Source: Lama glama
Lineage: Eukaryota
Reading direction: 5' to 3'
Length of the DNA stretch: 64,000 bases
Assembly (NCBI GenBank): GCA_028534125.1
Contig: CM052817.1
Location: forward strand, 65,970,001 to 66,034,000
Under the pieces are notes generated by a model, which made no database searches, was not told the DNA's origin, and saw only the letters and a program-made list of their open reading frames with translations. Positions within the stretch are counted from its first letter, which is position 1; the number at the start of each line of letters is the position of its first letter. A program made the position numbers and the translations under genes. Of the stretch, positions 12,482 through 26,329 are shown piece after piece.

Positions 12482-14459
12482 CCCTACAAAAGCTTTCCAC
12501 TCTGCACTCGCACTTGCCTTGAATCTTACCAGGCTTGCTTTATCTACCACTTACTCTGTACTTGTAGTAAATACAGATGTATTTATATACAGTTACACAT
12601 AAGGTTACACATACAACTTTATACATAGTAATAAAGTTACATATGTAGCCTTATATGGTAATAATTTCATATTAAAATACGTAAAATTGAAATGAAATAA
12701 TGACAGGAAAATGATATGAAAAGATATGAAAATATGACATATGAAAAACATTTTTAAAGGAAGCTTTCACAGGAAGCAGTCACAGTATTTTATAAAGGTG
12801 GAAAGTAAGTCTCAGGTTTAGATGACCTGTTAAAGGTGATCTGGCTGGTCAGTGCCAGGGTCAGGCCCAGGACTTTTAATCTCTGGCACAGTGGTGTTCA
12901 CACGTCCCAAGTTTGATTAGGCAATTAGAGGACAAAGACAGTCTTCCTGAGTTCTCTCCAGAACCCAGCATCATGCCCCTCATCCACCCACTGCGGGAGC
13001 TCAGTAGCATTTGCCTGGTCCCCACAAAGAACATGGCAAATGTATAAACTGTGCTTTAGGTATCAACCAAGAAAGAAGTGAACCGGAGAGAGTTCTGATG
13101 TTTTTACAGAGTGGAACGGATCCTTACCCAAAGCAGATTTGGAGTTTTTGTTCTATAACTACTTAGCAAATAAAATATAAGGCTTTGAGAAACTTCATTC
13201 CGTTTTCTACTGGCTTTGAGTTTAAACGTGTGCCAACTCCTATTACTTGAAAAGATACGCTAACACAAATAAGACAGTACAATTAATTCTGTAAAGTCTT
13301 TAAAATTTCATTTTCTCTTATGGTATATTTAAGCTTTCTGGCAAAATGACATTACTATACAGCTCTAGGTTTTTGTCACAAATTAATGTCTTTTGCATTG
13401 CTTTTCCAATGAACTCTGTACAGTACTTTCATATTTCACTAACACAGATTTCTGACTAGAAGTGAAAGATCAGAGTAAGAATTCCCCATTCCAAGCTATG
13501 TATGTATGTATGTATTTACATAACAGTTTTCAAAAAGGTAACTGGTAATTATTCTATCCTCATTCTATCTCAGTTTGCCGAAGGAGATTACTGATAAAAA
13601 TGTGCATTTACCTTCAGTAAGGTGGATCTCAGCGCTATACTTCCCTTTGCAATTTACTTTTCAGATTAACTTTGATCTTAATGTATATCTATGCTGAGTT
13701 CTGAGCACAGGATTCAGCACTAATGACTTAATAATCTTCTCATTTGCAAAATACCACCCTTTCAAGACACAGATGTCAGCAGACAAACACATGCCCCATG
13801 GATACCTGGTCACGATAATGACAGGTATTCACTGGCAGCTGGAGCAGGTCTCCTCAGTGGTGCGTAGAACATTAATCACATACTATTAGATGCTGAGAAC
13901 ACTTTCCTTTTCCCTCTTTTTCCCCTTTTCAGCATTGCCTTCTCTAGATAAGATGCATTAACTATATGATTCAGAATAACATGGAAAATGTGCTCTGATT
14001 TTTGCTTTTATTTAGGAAGAAAAAAATTCAAGCTGCCTTTTCTTTTAATGTCACTTTGAGTTAAAGTCAGATGTATCTGTAAACACTGTACTATGGACAA
14101 AAAAAGCAATGATGCCAGAATTATTACATAGACAGTTCATGGTTCTCAAAGCATCCCACTTAAGTGTGCAAAGTACAGGAGTTATGGGTCTGTCTCAATT
14201 CACAGACACATTTCTTAAAACATGAAATTAAATTTAACAGAATTATCTGTTTCTAGCATTTTACTCACATGAAGTAAATAAAAGTGGATAGACTTCAGGA
14301 TTTGACTTTGAACTGTCTATGCTGGAAACAGCATTACCTTGTAGAATGTTTTCATAGAATAATCAGTAATTTTGATTAGTTGCTCGTGATTCAGGAAAGA
14401 GGCTACAACATAATGAGGACAGAAATACTAAAACCTCAAGATGTCTTCAGACCAGTATT

Positions 14460-14980
14460 TTACTTCTCTGCTCAAAACCCTGTAGCATCCTATTTGAACT
14501 GAGGAAAAGCCAAGGCTCTAAACATTCTGCTGGAAGCAGCTCCTTCTCTAACCTCAGCTTCCCTTTCTCCTGGGCACTAGCTTTGCTTCAGCTACACTGG
14601 CTTTGCTTTCTGAAGAAGAGCAGGCCAACTCCTACCTCAGGGCCTTTGCACTTGCTATTCCTCTGCCTGGAGAATTCTTTTCTAAACATGTGCTCTTCTC
14701 TCCTCTTTTATTCAGTACGCTGCTGACCTGCCACCTTCTCAGAGACACCTTCCCTGATCCTCTATCTCACATTCCCTAGGAGACACATTCCATCCCTTAC
14801 CCTCCCTTAGTCTTCTGCATAGCACTTGTTACATTACATATTACATATTTTTTAAACTTATCTATCGGTTTGTTTGTTTAAAACACAGTTTCCAGAGGAC
14901 AGAGACTCTGTTTTGTTCACTGCTGTATTCCAACATATTGCTTAGTGAGTGGCTCAAAACGTTCTTGAATGAACGAGTGA
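14460..14980 (+). mobile_element. L2 LINE 3' region
   Basis: 'ctgctcaaaaccct', 'cctcagggcctttgcacttgctattcctctgcctgga', 'caccttctcagagacaccttccctga', tail 'ttttgttcactgctgtattcc...tgaatgaacgagtga'. Confidence 0.88.
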
Positions 14981-15893
14981 AATTAGAGGATGGGTGATCA
15001 AAGGCTGAATCTGCAGTTATAACACAAAGTAGTAACTAATCTCATAGAGCTCACTAGCTGTGGTACAGTAATACTTAGTGGTAGTGTGCCAGTGAAAGAT
15101 GAGTAGAGAAAGCACTAAACGTCATCATTTTAGAATCTGGCAGTGAGGACTTAAGTAAAAAAAAAAATTATTGTGGTTGGCTATAAATTATCTGGTCAGG
15201 TAAAGAAAATGGATATTACATTCAAGGCACTGATCACAAAATTAACACAGAAGCAAAATATACCAGAAATGGGAGGCTTCATCTACTTGATTACCTTTGT
15301 AAGTATTGGCCTAGAAACAAAGGATTGAATGATACTAAATGTGACTGGCTATAAATGTCACCCCAGAGAGCTTGAGAAACAGGCTAACTATTACTCTCTC
15401 CCTGATTCTGATATACCATGTGGAGCTGGTTAGGGGGTTGAAAATGATAGGAAAACAGTGATGTCATCTGAACATTCAAGACAGGGAGAAAGGAGAAAGC
15501 TAAGCACAGTCCACACACTACAGATTTCATGATGAGTAACAACAGGAATAATGATAATACCCACCACTCACTGAGCCTCCATTAGGGGCCAGCGCTGTAC
15601 TGAGGACACTGTAAACTCCTTTAAGCTTCACAGTCCCTCCTCCCCTCCCCCTACCTTTAAATAAGCTACGTAAAACATCGTTAAGAAGAACTTTCATAAT
15701 GCATTCAGGTACTGGAACTCACACTAGAACAGACTTCAGTCAGGTGGCCCCCACCATACACGGCTGGGGAGGTGCGGTGGGCGGCCATGAAGCTGGCTGA
15801 GCAAGACCCCTTGGGCTACATGTCTTGGCCCCCGTACTGATCTTGCTCTCCTTTTTACTTTGCCTCAGATCACCTCTTTCCCAGCCACTCTTT

Positions 15894-16080
15894 TTTTTCT
15901 TTTCTTTTTTTTTGATTGTTTATTGCTATCTTGATGTTATGTAAACTTCTTTTTTAATTGAAGTATAGTCAGTTTACAATGTTGTGTCAACTTCTGGTGT
16001 ACAGTGTAATAGTTCAGTTGTACATATACATACATATATTAGTTTTCATATTCTTTTTCATTATAGGTTACTACGAGATA
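15894..16080 (-). mobile_element. Short young L1 3' end with extra 3' sequence, second poly(A) and 13-bp TSD
   Basis: 15950-16080 is the reverse complement of the L1 terminus also seen at about 3500-3629. TSD ccagccactcttt at 15881-15893 and 16081-16093. T-rich tail at 15894-15913. Confidence 0.92.
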
Positions 16081-16832
16081 CCAGCCACTCTTTCAGGAGG
16101 TCTATGCTGTCTCCAGGTGACTTGGCCTCCTTTAAGTCTACATTCTCAGCACACCATTCAGTTTCTATCTCACAGCTAAATAAAGGAAAAGGGCTGGGAG
16201 CCACAATCTCTGCTCTCTGACTCTTCTCAGCCTTTCCATCTTCACCCACATTTTTTTTCTTTCCCTCTGGCCTCAGAAGGTCTTGATTTCCACCTAAAGC
16301 CAATGAATCCTCCAGTGTTTCCATGCCTAATTTCTCAAAGGTCATGCTCTGTCATCAGTGATTTCCTCTGTCTCACATATTTCTGACTTATTTTCTACTG
16401 GTCTCTTTCCCTTTACCTAGAAACACCTGAGTCTCTTCCATGGTGAAAGTCTTCCCTTGATCTAATCCTCTCATGCTACTGACATTCATCTCTTCTCAGT
16501 CAAGCCACCTGCACGGTGGTCTACCCTGCGTGCCTTCCCTTCTCTGCCCAATCACTCTCGAACTCTGATTCACTTTAACAGGAATGTCCTTGTCCCCAGC
16601 CACTCTACTCCCTTTCTATGGACAGCAAGCATCAGTTACTTCCTAACTGTCAAACCCAGCAGGCATTCTTGAGTCCTCTTTTCCTCAACTTCCTCTAACA
16701 CTATTGTAGGGGGAAGGAAAAGTTTTTCTTTAATTTAAAATTTTTTAAAACGTTGCTTTCATTTATTAGGGATGCTTTCAATGGATAGTGGTTTCTAGGT
16801 TCATAAGCTGTTTTGTTTTGTTTTAACAGCAC

Positions 16833-16921
16833 TTTTTTTTTTAATGGAGGTACTGGGGATTGAACCCGGACCTCTTGTATGTTAAGCATGCACTCTAACA
16901 CTGAGCTAGTTCTTTTCCCCC
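16833..16921 (-). mobile_element. tRNA-derived camelid-type SINE (vic-1-like)
   Basis: Minus strand reads 'tagctcagtgttagagtgcatgcttaacatacaagaggtccgggttcaatccccagtacctccattaaaaaaaaaaa'. Confidence 0.9.
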
Positions 16922-16955
16922 AGTAAAGGAGGAGAGAATACTCCTTCTGGATTTT

Positions 16956-17318
16956 TGTCTTAGTCCATCTGGGTTGCTATAACAGAATATCCAAGACTGA
17001 GTGACTTATATGACAGAAATTTATTTCTCGGTTCTGGAGGCTGGGAAGTCCAAGATCAAGGCATTGGAAAGTTCAAGTCACTGGTAGATTCAGTGTCGGC
17101 TGAGGGATAAGTCAGAAGGGCTCCTGCCATGTTCCTGCTGTGCCCTCAATCGGCAGCAGGAGCACGAGAGCTCTCTGACATCTCTTTGATAAGGGCCCTA
17201 ACCCCATTCATGAGGTTTCCACCCTCCCAATGACCCCATTTCAAATCCATCATATTGGGGATTAGATTTCAGCATACGAAATTCGGAGGGTGGGGACCCA
17301 AGCCTACAGTTTACAGCA
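16956..17318 (-). mobile_element. MaLR solo LTR, MLT1A-like
   Basis: 'tgtcttagtccatctgggttgctataacagaata', 'ttctggaggctgggaagtccaagatcaaggc', 'taagggccctaaccccattcatgagg', ending 'cagtttacagca'. Confidence 0.9.
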
Positions 17319-18579
17319 GTTCTCCACTTATTTTCTGGCTATAACTTCTCAGTCTTCTCTGTGGCCCCTCTTCCTGCGATTGTCCCTTAAACGTAGACAT
17401 TATCCCTCTACTAGCTTTGTTATGACCCTTCTACTAGCTGTCCCTTAGTAATCTCATGATTTTACAACTGCCTGCATGATGATAATCCAGAGCAGCAACC
17501 CTAACCCAGACCTCCCAGCTGCACTCTCAAGAAGCGCATACACAGCAGCTACCGGGGTGACTGTGCGTGCGTGTTCCATAAAATACTCACTTGCAGCCTG
17601 TCTAAAACGGACCCACTGGATTTTCATGGAAACCTGTCCCTGCAGAGATGATCTTGAATGGTGGCATCGCCAAATACCCAGCCACATAAACCAGAGAGCT
17701 GGAAACCCTCCCAGATTTCTCTTTCTACCCATCACTTCCTTCTCGACACCAAGTCTTAAATATTTAATTAAATCCCATCATTTCTACCAGTGCTGTTGCT
17801 GCCTCTGTCTCGATTCAGTTCCTTGTCTGGACCACCATAATGATGTCTCAGTTTGTCTTTCTGCCTTTCTCCTTCCAGTGCTACCTTCAGAATGATGTCA
17901 AAGTGAATAAAACATAATAGTAACAAGCCACACACAAGCAAGTCTTTTCCCTACTTAAACATCCTCTGGAGTGTTTGTATGTCAGGTAATTTGCACTACT
18001 TATTCCTAGCATATGAGACATCCCCCTCCAAACTCTTTAATCTCTCTCAGCACTCGCCCTCAGCCCTAACAGTTTTCCAAACATATCAAGGGAAAACATC
18101 CCTCTGCTCCTTGGACCACACTGTTGCTATGTCTAGGATACCCTCTCCACATCTAGGTGCCAGACAAGCTCCTAAGTGTCTTTTAAAACATAGATCAGAA
18201 GTTGCTGCCTCTTGACTTGTTGTACCCATAGAGTTACTCATTTTGCAGCCTCTATCTTTCACAAATAGCTCTTGTTTTACACTTATCATATGTTTCATAA
18301 TAGGTTTATTTCAGTATCTGGATCCTCTAGCAGACTATGACATTATTTAGGGCAGAGGCTAGACATTTATCAGTTCTGTGCCTATTGATCCTAGAAATGT
18401 AAATGCTCAATAAATATTTCCAAACTAAATAGAAGAATGAACATTTTAATTAGTCCACTTTAATCTACTGGATATTCCCTGAGGTTGCCTATTCATCCTT
18501 AAGGAAACCTCTTTCACGGTATTTCCTTATTATATCTCTCTGAACAATGGAAATTCTGTGCAAGGTTCTGTGCTGTAGG

Positions 18580-18799
18580 CAGTGTTTTTTAAAATTATTT
18601 GATCATAAACCAAAGTGGGAAATTTTGTATTATAAGCCATTATAAACATACAAATGTGCAAATAAACAAAAATTTTGAGTCCTTCTCCTTATTTTCTTTC
18701 TTATTCAAGTCTTTTGCAATAAATTAAAACATACTGGATCAATAACAATAAATTGATTTCATGTCTTATAGATTGTGATACACATTTTGAAAAACACTG
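18580..18799. mobile_element. hAT-Charlie-type MITE (MER family, subfamily uncertain)
   Basis: 16-bp terminal inverted repeats cagtgttttttaaaat / attttgaaaaacactg (one mismatch). No clear 8-bp TSD. Confidence 0.7.
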
Positions 18800-19419
18800 T
18801 TACATACATAGTGTTTTGGAAAAAAACTTCTTAAGGGCCTTAAATTTCTGAATTAGCTATTTCTTTAATTTTAATTATAAATTTAATAATAAGTGTTGTT
18901 GGAAAACATTATTTATCCAAATTGTAGGAAAATCCACATAAATAAGTGGAAAATTATAGAATACTTTAAAAGAAATATTATGCTACTGCTTTGAAGTTCA
19001 CACATTGCTGCAAACTATAAAAAAAAAAAATGTGAAGGTCCTGGCTTTAATGATGATATAAAATCACTTTGTTTCCAAGCTATTATGTTAAATGCCAATC
19101 ATCTCCCTTTGAACTATGTTTCATATTTTACTTAGTTTAATAAACCCTTTATTCACAAATATTTTCAAAGTAAACTTTAGCATGGTCCAGACTGAAGTAT
19201 CAGGAATCCAAATTTCGAAGAATTCAAATTTATGAAGGTTTTCTTCATTTATGTTTAAAGCTGAAATATTCTAACCTATAAATATATACCTGTGTTTTCT
19301 CTGTTTTAGGCTCTGCTACTTTACAAAGTTCCTAAGGGCATAAAATCCATCTCTTCTGATTTACTCAAAATCACCTCAAAGAGTAACTGAGATTGGGTAG
19401 GACTCTGCAGGAGAGCTAC

Positions 19420-19800
19420 CCTTTACCACGTGTTTCTGCATGTCAGGTAATGCACTAAGTGTCAGTCCTAATTCTCACAACAACCTGAAGGTCAGTGCTA
19501 ACCTCTGTTTACAAAGGATGACCTAAGTAATGTGGTTCCAAACGTACAGCTAGGAAGCATCAGAATCAGTATCAAAATCAGTGAAAGAATCACATTTTAT
19601 TATGTATTTACTATCTGCCAGGCACTGTGCTTTTCATTTAATTTGCACAACACCCTTCTGGGAAATAGGCACTATTTTTATGCCCACTTTTCAGATTAGG
19701 AGACAACAGCAGAGAAAAGTTAAATAATTGGTACGGAGTACACAGCTACTAAGTGGTAGAGCTAAGACTTGAACCCAGATTTCTTCCAAAGTCGAGGCTA
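19420..19800 (-). mobile_element. Two adjacent MIR fragments
   Basis: 'ctaattctcacaacaacctgaaggt' and 'tttactatctgccaggcactgtgc...cacttttcagattaggagac...cacagctactaagtggtagagctaagacttgaacccag'. Confidence 0.8.
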
Positions 19801-20998
19801 TTCCCATGGGATTCTCTGCTATTAAATAAATTGAGTGAATAATCGAAACCTGATAAGGTGCTGGATTTAGAGTATAGGGTTTTTCTTTTCTAGTCAATAA
19901 CTTCCCATTTCCTCAATTCTTCTTTGGAGCATGCAATTAAATTCTGGCTTAATTTACTGTACACTCTGTAAAAATGTCACTGTATTATTAAATAATTTAA
20001 AATGAATTTGAAGAATATGAGCATTTTTCAAAGATGCCATGAGTGAGAGTTTGCTGGCTTGCTGCAATGTATGATCAAAGAATTCAGAAGGATGCCTTTT
20101 ATCTGAGAATATCAAAGGCCACTCACTAAAAAAAGACATAGAGTTCCTATTACACTGAGGAGAAAAAGCTGAGTCCATTGAAATATAATACAAGAATGTT
20201 GGCATACAGGTAATTCACAGATATTATTACCTTTGCTACTTGAAATTGGACCAACATGGATGCTTTCCAAGAGCTATTCTTTATAAAACTGTAATACACC
20301 CAATTCATTTGCTACAATTGCCACCTTTTCTTCTTTCAGTTAGTCTCCCATACTTCATTCATACCCTAAACCCACACACCCACACCCACATACACACAGA
20401 AATTTAGAGGTTCAAGTCACACATATACACATTATACTGCTTTTCCACTGTGGTTAATAACAGCTGGTGCCATTAAATGGCTAGTATTTATCAGTTTAAA
20501 AACCACAAGATTAAAATGAACTGAATTATCTTTTCAAGCTGCCACAGATCTCTAGTCATTGTGACAGCAGATGTATATTTTCAAAATCTACTCAATTAAG
20601 TGACTTGATGTCTTCTACTAAGGTCCATGTTTCTGCCTGAAATAAACAAAATCAGGTAATTTCACTGGTTTGGGGCATATGGCAGGCAATACTAATCCCT
20701 TCTTAAAATGTTTACCTCAACTCCCTCATCGAAAAATATAAACAGAAGAATCACTTTTTTCCTTAGGATATATCAAAAGCAATAATATGATTGAGTTAAA
20801 TCTCATCATGATATTAAAAAAAAACAGGTTTTATAGAATTTTAAAAATGTAGCTAGGAAAAAATATTCCCTTTGAACTAGATATGACATAAAAACAAGAA
20901 CTAGGAAGAATGAGTCTGATTTACGAATTATCTGACCCCTCAAATTAAAGGCATAGTTTTCAGTAACTATATCAGAGTAAGTATTCCCATGTACAATC

Positions 20999-21292
20999 TG
21001 ACTTGGTTGGCATGGACTTCCATAACAAAATACCATAGACTGTGTGGCTTAAACAACAGAGATTTATGTTTTAGTGCTCTGGTGTCTGGAAGTCTAAGAT
21101 CATGGTACCAGCTAATTTGGTACCTGGCTCTTCTTAGAAGGCCACTAATCCCATTACAAGGGCCTCATCCTCATGATCTCATCTAACTCTAATTACCTCC
21201 CAAAGGCGCCATCTCCAAATACTATCATGTTGGGTATTAGAGCTTCAACATATAAGTGGGGGTGGGTGGGTATAAACATTCATTCCACAACA
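20999..21292 (-). mobile_element. MaLR solo LTR, MLT1A0-like, internally deleted
   Basis: 'cataacaaaataccatagactgtgtggcttaaacaacaga', 'ctaattacctcccaaaggc...tctccaaatactatca'. Flanking 5-mers caatc/caatt. Confidence 0.9.
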
Positions 21293-22939
21293 CAATTTGT
21301 AACACTTTATAGTTCCTCAATATGAGATTTTTTTTCATGTAGAATTATTTCTAAATATTTAAGTCAGTTGCCTTGGTAAGGCTGTCTATTAATTTATTAA
21401 ATGTCTTGATTGTGAGAGCTAATTTATCTTTCTAAACACAGGACTTTCTGATATCATGGAATGAAACATTACCAGAATTTATTTTTTATACTTACAAATA
21501 ACAGATTCCTTAGAGATATCAATCTCTTGATATCCTGTTCATATGGCAGAATGAATCATTTAGTTTCAGTCCCAATCAAATTAGCATACACATTTTAAAG
21601 GTAATACATAAGCAGCTGGACTGCTACCTGTTTGGATTTTGACAGCACTTTATGTGGTCCCAAGGAGCCTGGTGCCTGGGCCTGTCTTCTACCTTAGATG
21701 GGAGGTGCGTCCTCAGACCCATGAAAGGACGAGAAGGGTATGTCTCTGTGACAGGCTTGGGGGATCGTTCTCCCAAAGGTCTCACTGTGACTATTTAAAT
21801 TCTATATATTTACTTGTTAAAAGGGGTAAAGCTGTTGGCTCTCTCAAGATTATCCTGTTAACAAATTCTAAGTTAGAGAAAAAAAATTTTTTTAAACATA
21901 ATAGAATCAGACTTTTTTTTTTAAAAAAAAGCAACCTATCATAGCAATGGTTCAAAAAATTTTTTTTACTAATACACCACATTAGATAATAAAGAAATTT
22001 TAAAAATGTGTCTCTCGTTGACATTTCCTATTGTATTTTAAAAAGTGATGAAAAAGTGCATTTTCAAAAATTGGCAATTTAAAAATATTTCTATTGAGAA
22101 CGCAGCAATTTTATATCTCTGGAACCATGAGCATACATAAAATAAACTGCTAAACTCTAAATAAGTTGTTTAAGGTAAAAATTAGATAAAACTGAATTAG
22201 GAATAATTGTAACTTCTGGGGGGCACTCAGTATGTGTGACACATGATCTTCCATTACACATGGCACATATCGTACTCTCATAGCAACATGAGTAACTATG
22301 ACCAAGCTACACACCATGCGGGTTAAACAAAAGGACTTTGGCTTTACACACTTTTTTACATTATTTATCTATTTTGAAAACATTGCTTTTTGATATATTA
22401 CCACTGTCTCCAGGCTATAAACAAACCAGGTGTTAATCAGAAAATAAGAAGAATTGGTTTCATTCTTTACCACATATATAACTATTAGCATTTGAAATCA
22501 TGTGTTGATTCAACTCCAGAGAAAGGAGAAAGTCAACTATTCACCAAAATAAAAGAGTTTTGCTAGAAGTTGTAAGTTCAGTATCAAAAACAAAACAACA
22601 GCAATTTTTGTTTTGCCTTTTGTTTCTCTCATTGGTTAAGTGCTAGGTAAACACCTCATCATGTGTTCCTCTGCACCTCAAATGACATGATTTTCTCTAA
22701 CCAATGGTTAAGAATAGAGCAGAGAAACACAATCCTAATAGTTTTACTCCCCAAACATTTATCAAACATTGACAAATGATCAGGCACAGTTGCAAAATTA
22801 TAATTTAGACTTTAAGTGGTTGATAATGGCAGTATCAGCAACACACCTAAGATTTCAGCTCCCTCATTATATCATTATCTAACAATAGCTAAGTTATCAA
22901 GTTTGCAAAACCCCATAGTAGATTGCCTAATTTGAACTT

Positions 22940-23100
22940 CACCGTAACCATCTACAAGTTTTACTACATTTCAGAAGTGAATAAACTAAGGCTAGAAGGG
23001 ACAGTGTAATGGTTCCCAATTCATTGGGCATCTCACGGGGGAGCCAGGACTTGAGATCGGGCCACCTGATTCCAGAGTCTGTGTTCTTGACCTCTACCTA
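22940..23100 (-). mobile_element. MIR fragment
   Basis: 'gaataaactaaggctaga...gagccaggacttgagatcgggccacctgattccagagtctgtgttctt'. Confidence 0.7.
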
Positions 23101-26100
23101 TACTACCCGTATCACTTTGAGGTGTAGAGTGATAATGCACATACTTTCACCATAACCTCACTGTACAAATACTGAGAAAGCAATAATAAGATTATCAGGA
23201 CTTTGTAGGAAGTAAAAGGATTCCAAATAGACCCCTAGTTACTAAAAATCCAAAGGTCAAAAATATAATCAACAGCCAATTCTAGAGGCTAATAAGGTCT
23301 TTCTGAGGTCTGACTGTTTGGAGATAGGTCCACACTCTATGCTCATACCGTTGATAGCTTTTAAGCTTTCTGTGTGTTTCAAAATTGGGGGAGTTCTAGG
23401 CAGCATCTTATAGTATGGAGAGAACTCGACGTGGAGACAGAAGACAGGGTTAAGACTGGCTTCGCTCTTGACTTACTTAATAGCTCTTTCACCCTTTCTC
23501 TTCACTAAATGAAGCCAGCACCTACTCCGCTGGTCTCATTCAGTTATTGACAGCACATACATTACACTGCTTTGAGAATGCAGCTCTCTACGTAACCGTT
23601 CCTATCACTATTAGAATATAAGGCTATGGATTGCTAGAGTAGTGGAGATCCATCATGTTTTCCATTAACTCACTAGAACTGAAGTATTTTTACTTAACAT
23701 ATTGCTAAATAAACCATTATGTATGACGTGCAGTATAAAATGATTAATAAAGCAGTAAAGACGCAAAATACAGGAAAGTCTAAATCGTTTGGTAAACTGT
23801 GAGTAAATGCAGGTAAATAAAAAAAATCAATTTAATATCACCAAAGCTCTGGGAAAATTTTTTTAAAAAAGATTGTTTAAAGAGAACAACACAAAAATAT
23901 AAAGGAAACCTATCAGTGTGATCTCTTCAGAGATAAATGTTTCAAAAGTTAAATGATAAGCATTTCTATTTCAATTCTTCTCTTTTACTTGCTCCCCATC
24001 TAATTTGTTAAGTTATTCTGATGATTCTTTCTCCACTTTATCACTTACTTTACTTCTTTCCATTTCCACTGCTACTGCCTGACCATCATTTTTCCCTGGA
24101 TTAAATCAACAGTCTCTTAAGAGGTCTCAACTCCAGATTTCCCTTCTTTTCAAGTACCCTACTTAATACTACCAGGATTGTCACTGTGAAGCAAGGACTT
24201 GACACCATTCCTATATCCACCAGGGTACGAATAGATGATGCTAACACAGTAATAAACTACTCAATTTTAAATCTCTATATTAAGCTTAAAACTACAAAGT
24301 TTTATGTGTCTTGCTCAAACTATACATCCATCTCTGGTCAGCAGGGAGGCTCTACTCATATGGGCGACCACTATCTCAAACATACCAAAGGGAAGAAAGA
24401 GAGCTGGAAAAAGACTTTTATTGGTCATAAGTGCTTCAACAATTCTAGTACCAACACTATTCTTAGAAGCAGCTAAATGACCCCAACAAACTGGAAGGAA
24501 CAGAGAAAAGGGGGTGCAAAATGTCAATTCCCCTAAGTGCCTAGACGGGAAGACGTTTTTGGTGGTCATTATAGATTACTAGAGTCTCTTTTCAGCTAAA
24601 AAAAAATTCTCTAGGGGTAGCTCTCTTTGACCTAGGAAATAAAGTTCAATTCATTCAAAGCTCTGCTTAATTTGGACATAATCAGACTTGCTTTTACCAC
24701 CTTCAAGACCCATCTCCAGATAAACTCTGTCCAGTCCCACTGGCTGGTCCCATTCCCTGGATACAAAGTACACAGTCATTTGCTCCAGAAGTTCTGATCT
24801 ACCAGGAATCTTCTGTCCCCCCTGATCCGTGTACTGAAATGGTATTCAACCTTCAACTACCATTTTCATTCAGAGCATTCTCTGGGTCTACAGATTCACA
24901 TTAATCCCTTCCTCTCGGCATTCTCATAATACTTCTTTTTCATTTAATTTTTGGATCCTATTACAGTCCACAGCGTATTATTTGGGGAAACATTAGCTAG
25001 GTTTCTGAGAACTCTAGTCCTTAGGGAGAGTCACTATGCCTTTTTTATTTGTATATCTTCCAAGCCTAGCCTACTATGCTATTTACATATGTAGTCAACA
25101 GAAGTTTTTTTTTTAAAGAGTCGTACAAAATTTGAAATAATTATAACTAACTCCAATGGCACAAAATAAAATTCATAAGAAGATTTAAGAATAATGTAAC
25201 TTTATTTTTTAACACTAGACCTTAAACATTAGTAGTTCTCCACACAGGGCTACTTAGCTGATGGCGAATCTGCCATGACCAAGGAAGGACCTTTGGTCAA
25301 GATTTGAGTATTAAGGTTGAATAGTACTGTTTGACCAAATATTCATCTCTTTAAGTTTTATCTTGATGAGGTTCAACAAATTCATCTCTGCATAGAAATG
25401 TTTACTTTCATTTTTCTATACTGAGGAAAAAGAGATACAGATGATTCCCAAATTTTAGCTAAGCTGAAGTTTTATATTTTTCTACATGTATTCAAATATT
25501 CTACTATTCAGGAAATACAATGTAGCAAAACTTCATTATTTCAGTGAAACTAGAAGAATGGAGTATACTGAATTGTTGAAAATTTGAAGCATACATTTTT
25601 CAAATATTCTAGAAGGCAGAGGTAGTATATTTCCTTTTAAATACTCATAAATTAAGCCTATTATTACATTTTTAAAACTCACTCATTGCTCCATTCAATT
25701 AGCACTAACTAGAGATATTAATGATTAAATAGATATAAAAATGCAAGTAAATACGTGGAAAATATATATACAGTACTTTGATCTATAATGAGATGCATTA
25801 GTGGAGGTCATTACAGGGCTTTATGAGAAACAGATAAGAATAATAGAGAATTATCAGCACAATTGTTTAGAAGTAAAAAGCATCTATAATGCTGTTGGGT
25901 GCAGGAAAAAGATTTTTCTTTTCATGAGCGATCTTTAAAAGTTGCTAGTTCAGACTATCTAACTGATCACATTCTTACGTAGTCAGTGCTTTAGTGAAGA
26001 TTATTTTACTTTTAAGATCTCAGAATATTACAAGGCTATCTATTTACAACTAAAGTAAGAAGGCAGGCAATTGTTAATCCAGATTAGATAACAGAAAATA

Positions 26101-26329
26101 AGTTAAAATGCACTGACTTTGTTTGAGAAACAGGTTTCTCTAGCATGTAGTAAGGACCTGAATAACTTTTTCTCCTAATCAATCAGCAGATATTTTAGAT
26201 AAGTGGCCATGGGGCAGGCACAGTGTTTCACACGGAGGAGAGAGACAGACAGAGATGGAACAGACCTTTCCTTGCAAGAAATAAAGCTTAGAAGGGAACA
26301 CAGATAATAGGCTATGGAATGCTTGATTT

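Larger units (their letters stand above)
16330..18440 (+). mobile_element. Long degraded L2, interrupted by a SINE and an MLT1A LTR
   Basis: Pyrimidine-rich L2 ORF2/3' signatures such as 'cagttacttcctaactgtcaaaccca', 'ctaacccagacctccc', and the tail 'gggcagaggct...aaatgctcaataaatattt...gaatgaa'. Confidence 0.7.

Noticed and set aside
12580..12750. Degenerate AT-rich repeats (gttacacata; gatatgaaaa)
   Set aside because: Low-complexity slippage products with no regular period.
15295..15310. 16-nt minus-strand microexon (tttctag|GCCAATACTTACAAAG|gtaatc)
   Set aside because: Not frame-preserving and without other support. Such pairings are expected by chance in 64 kb.
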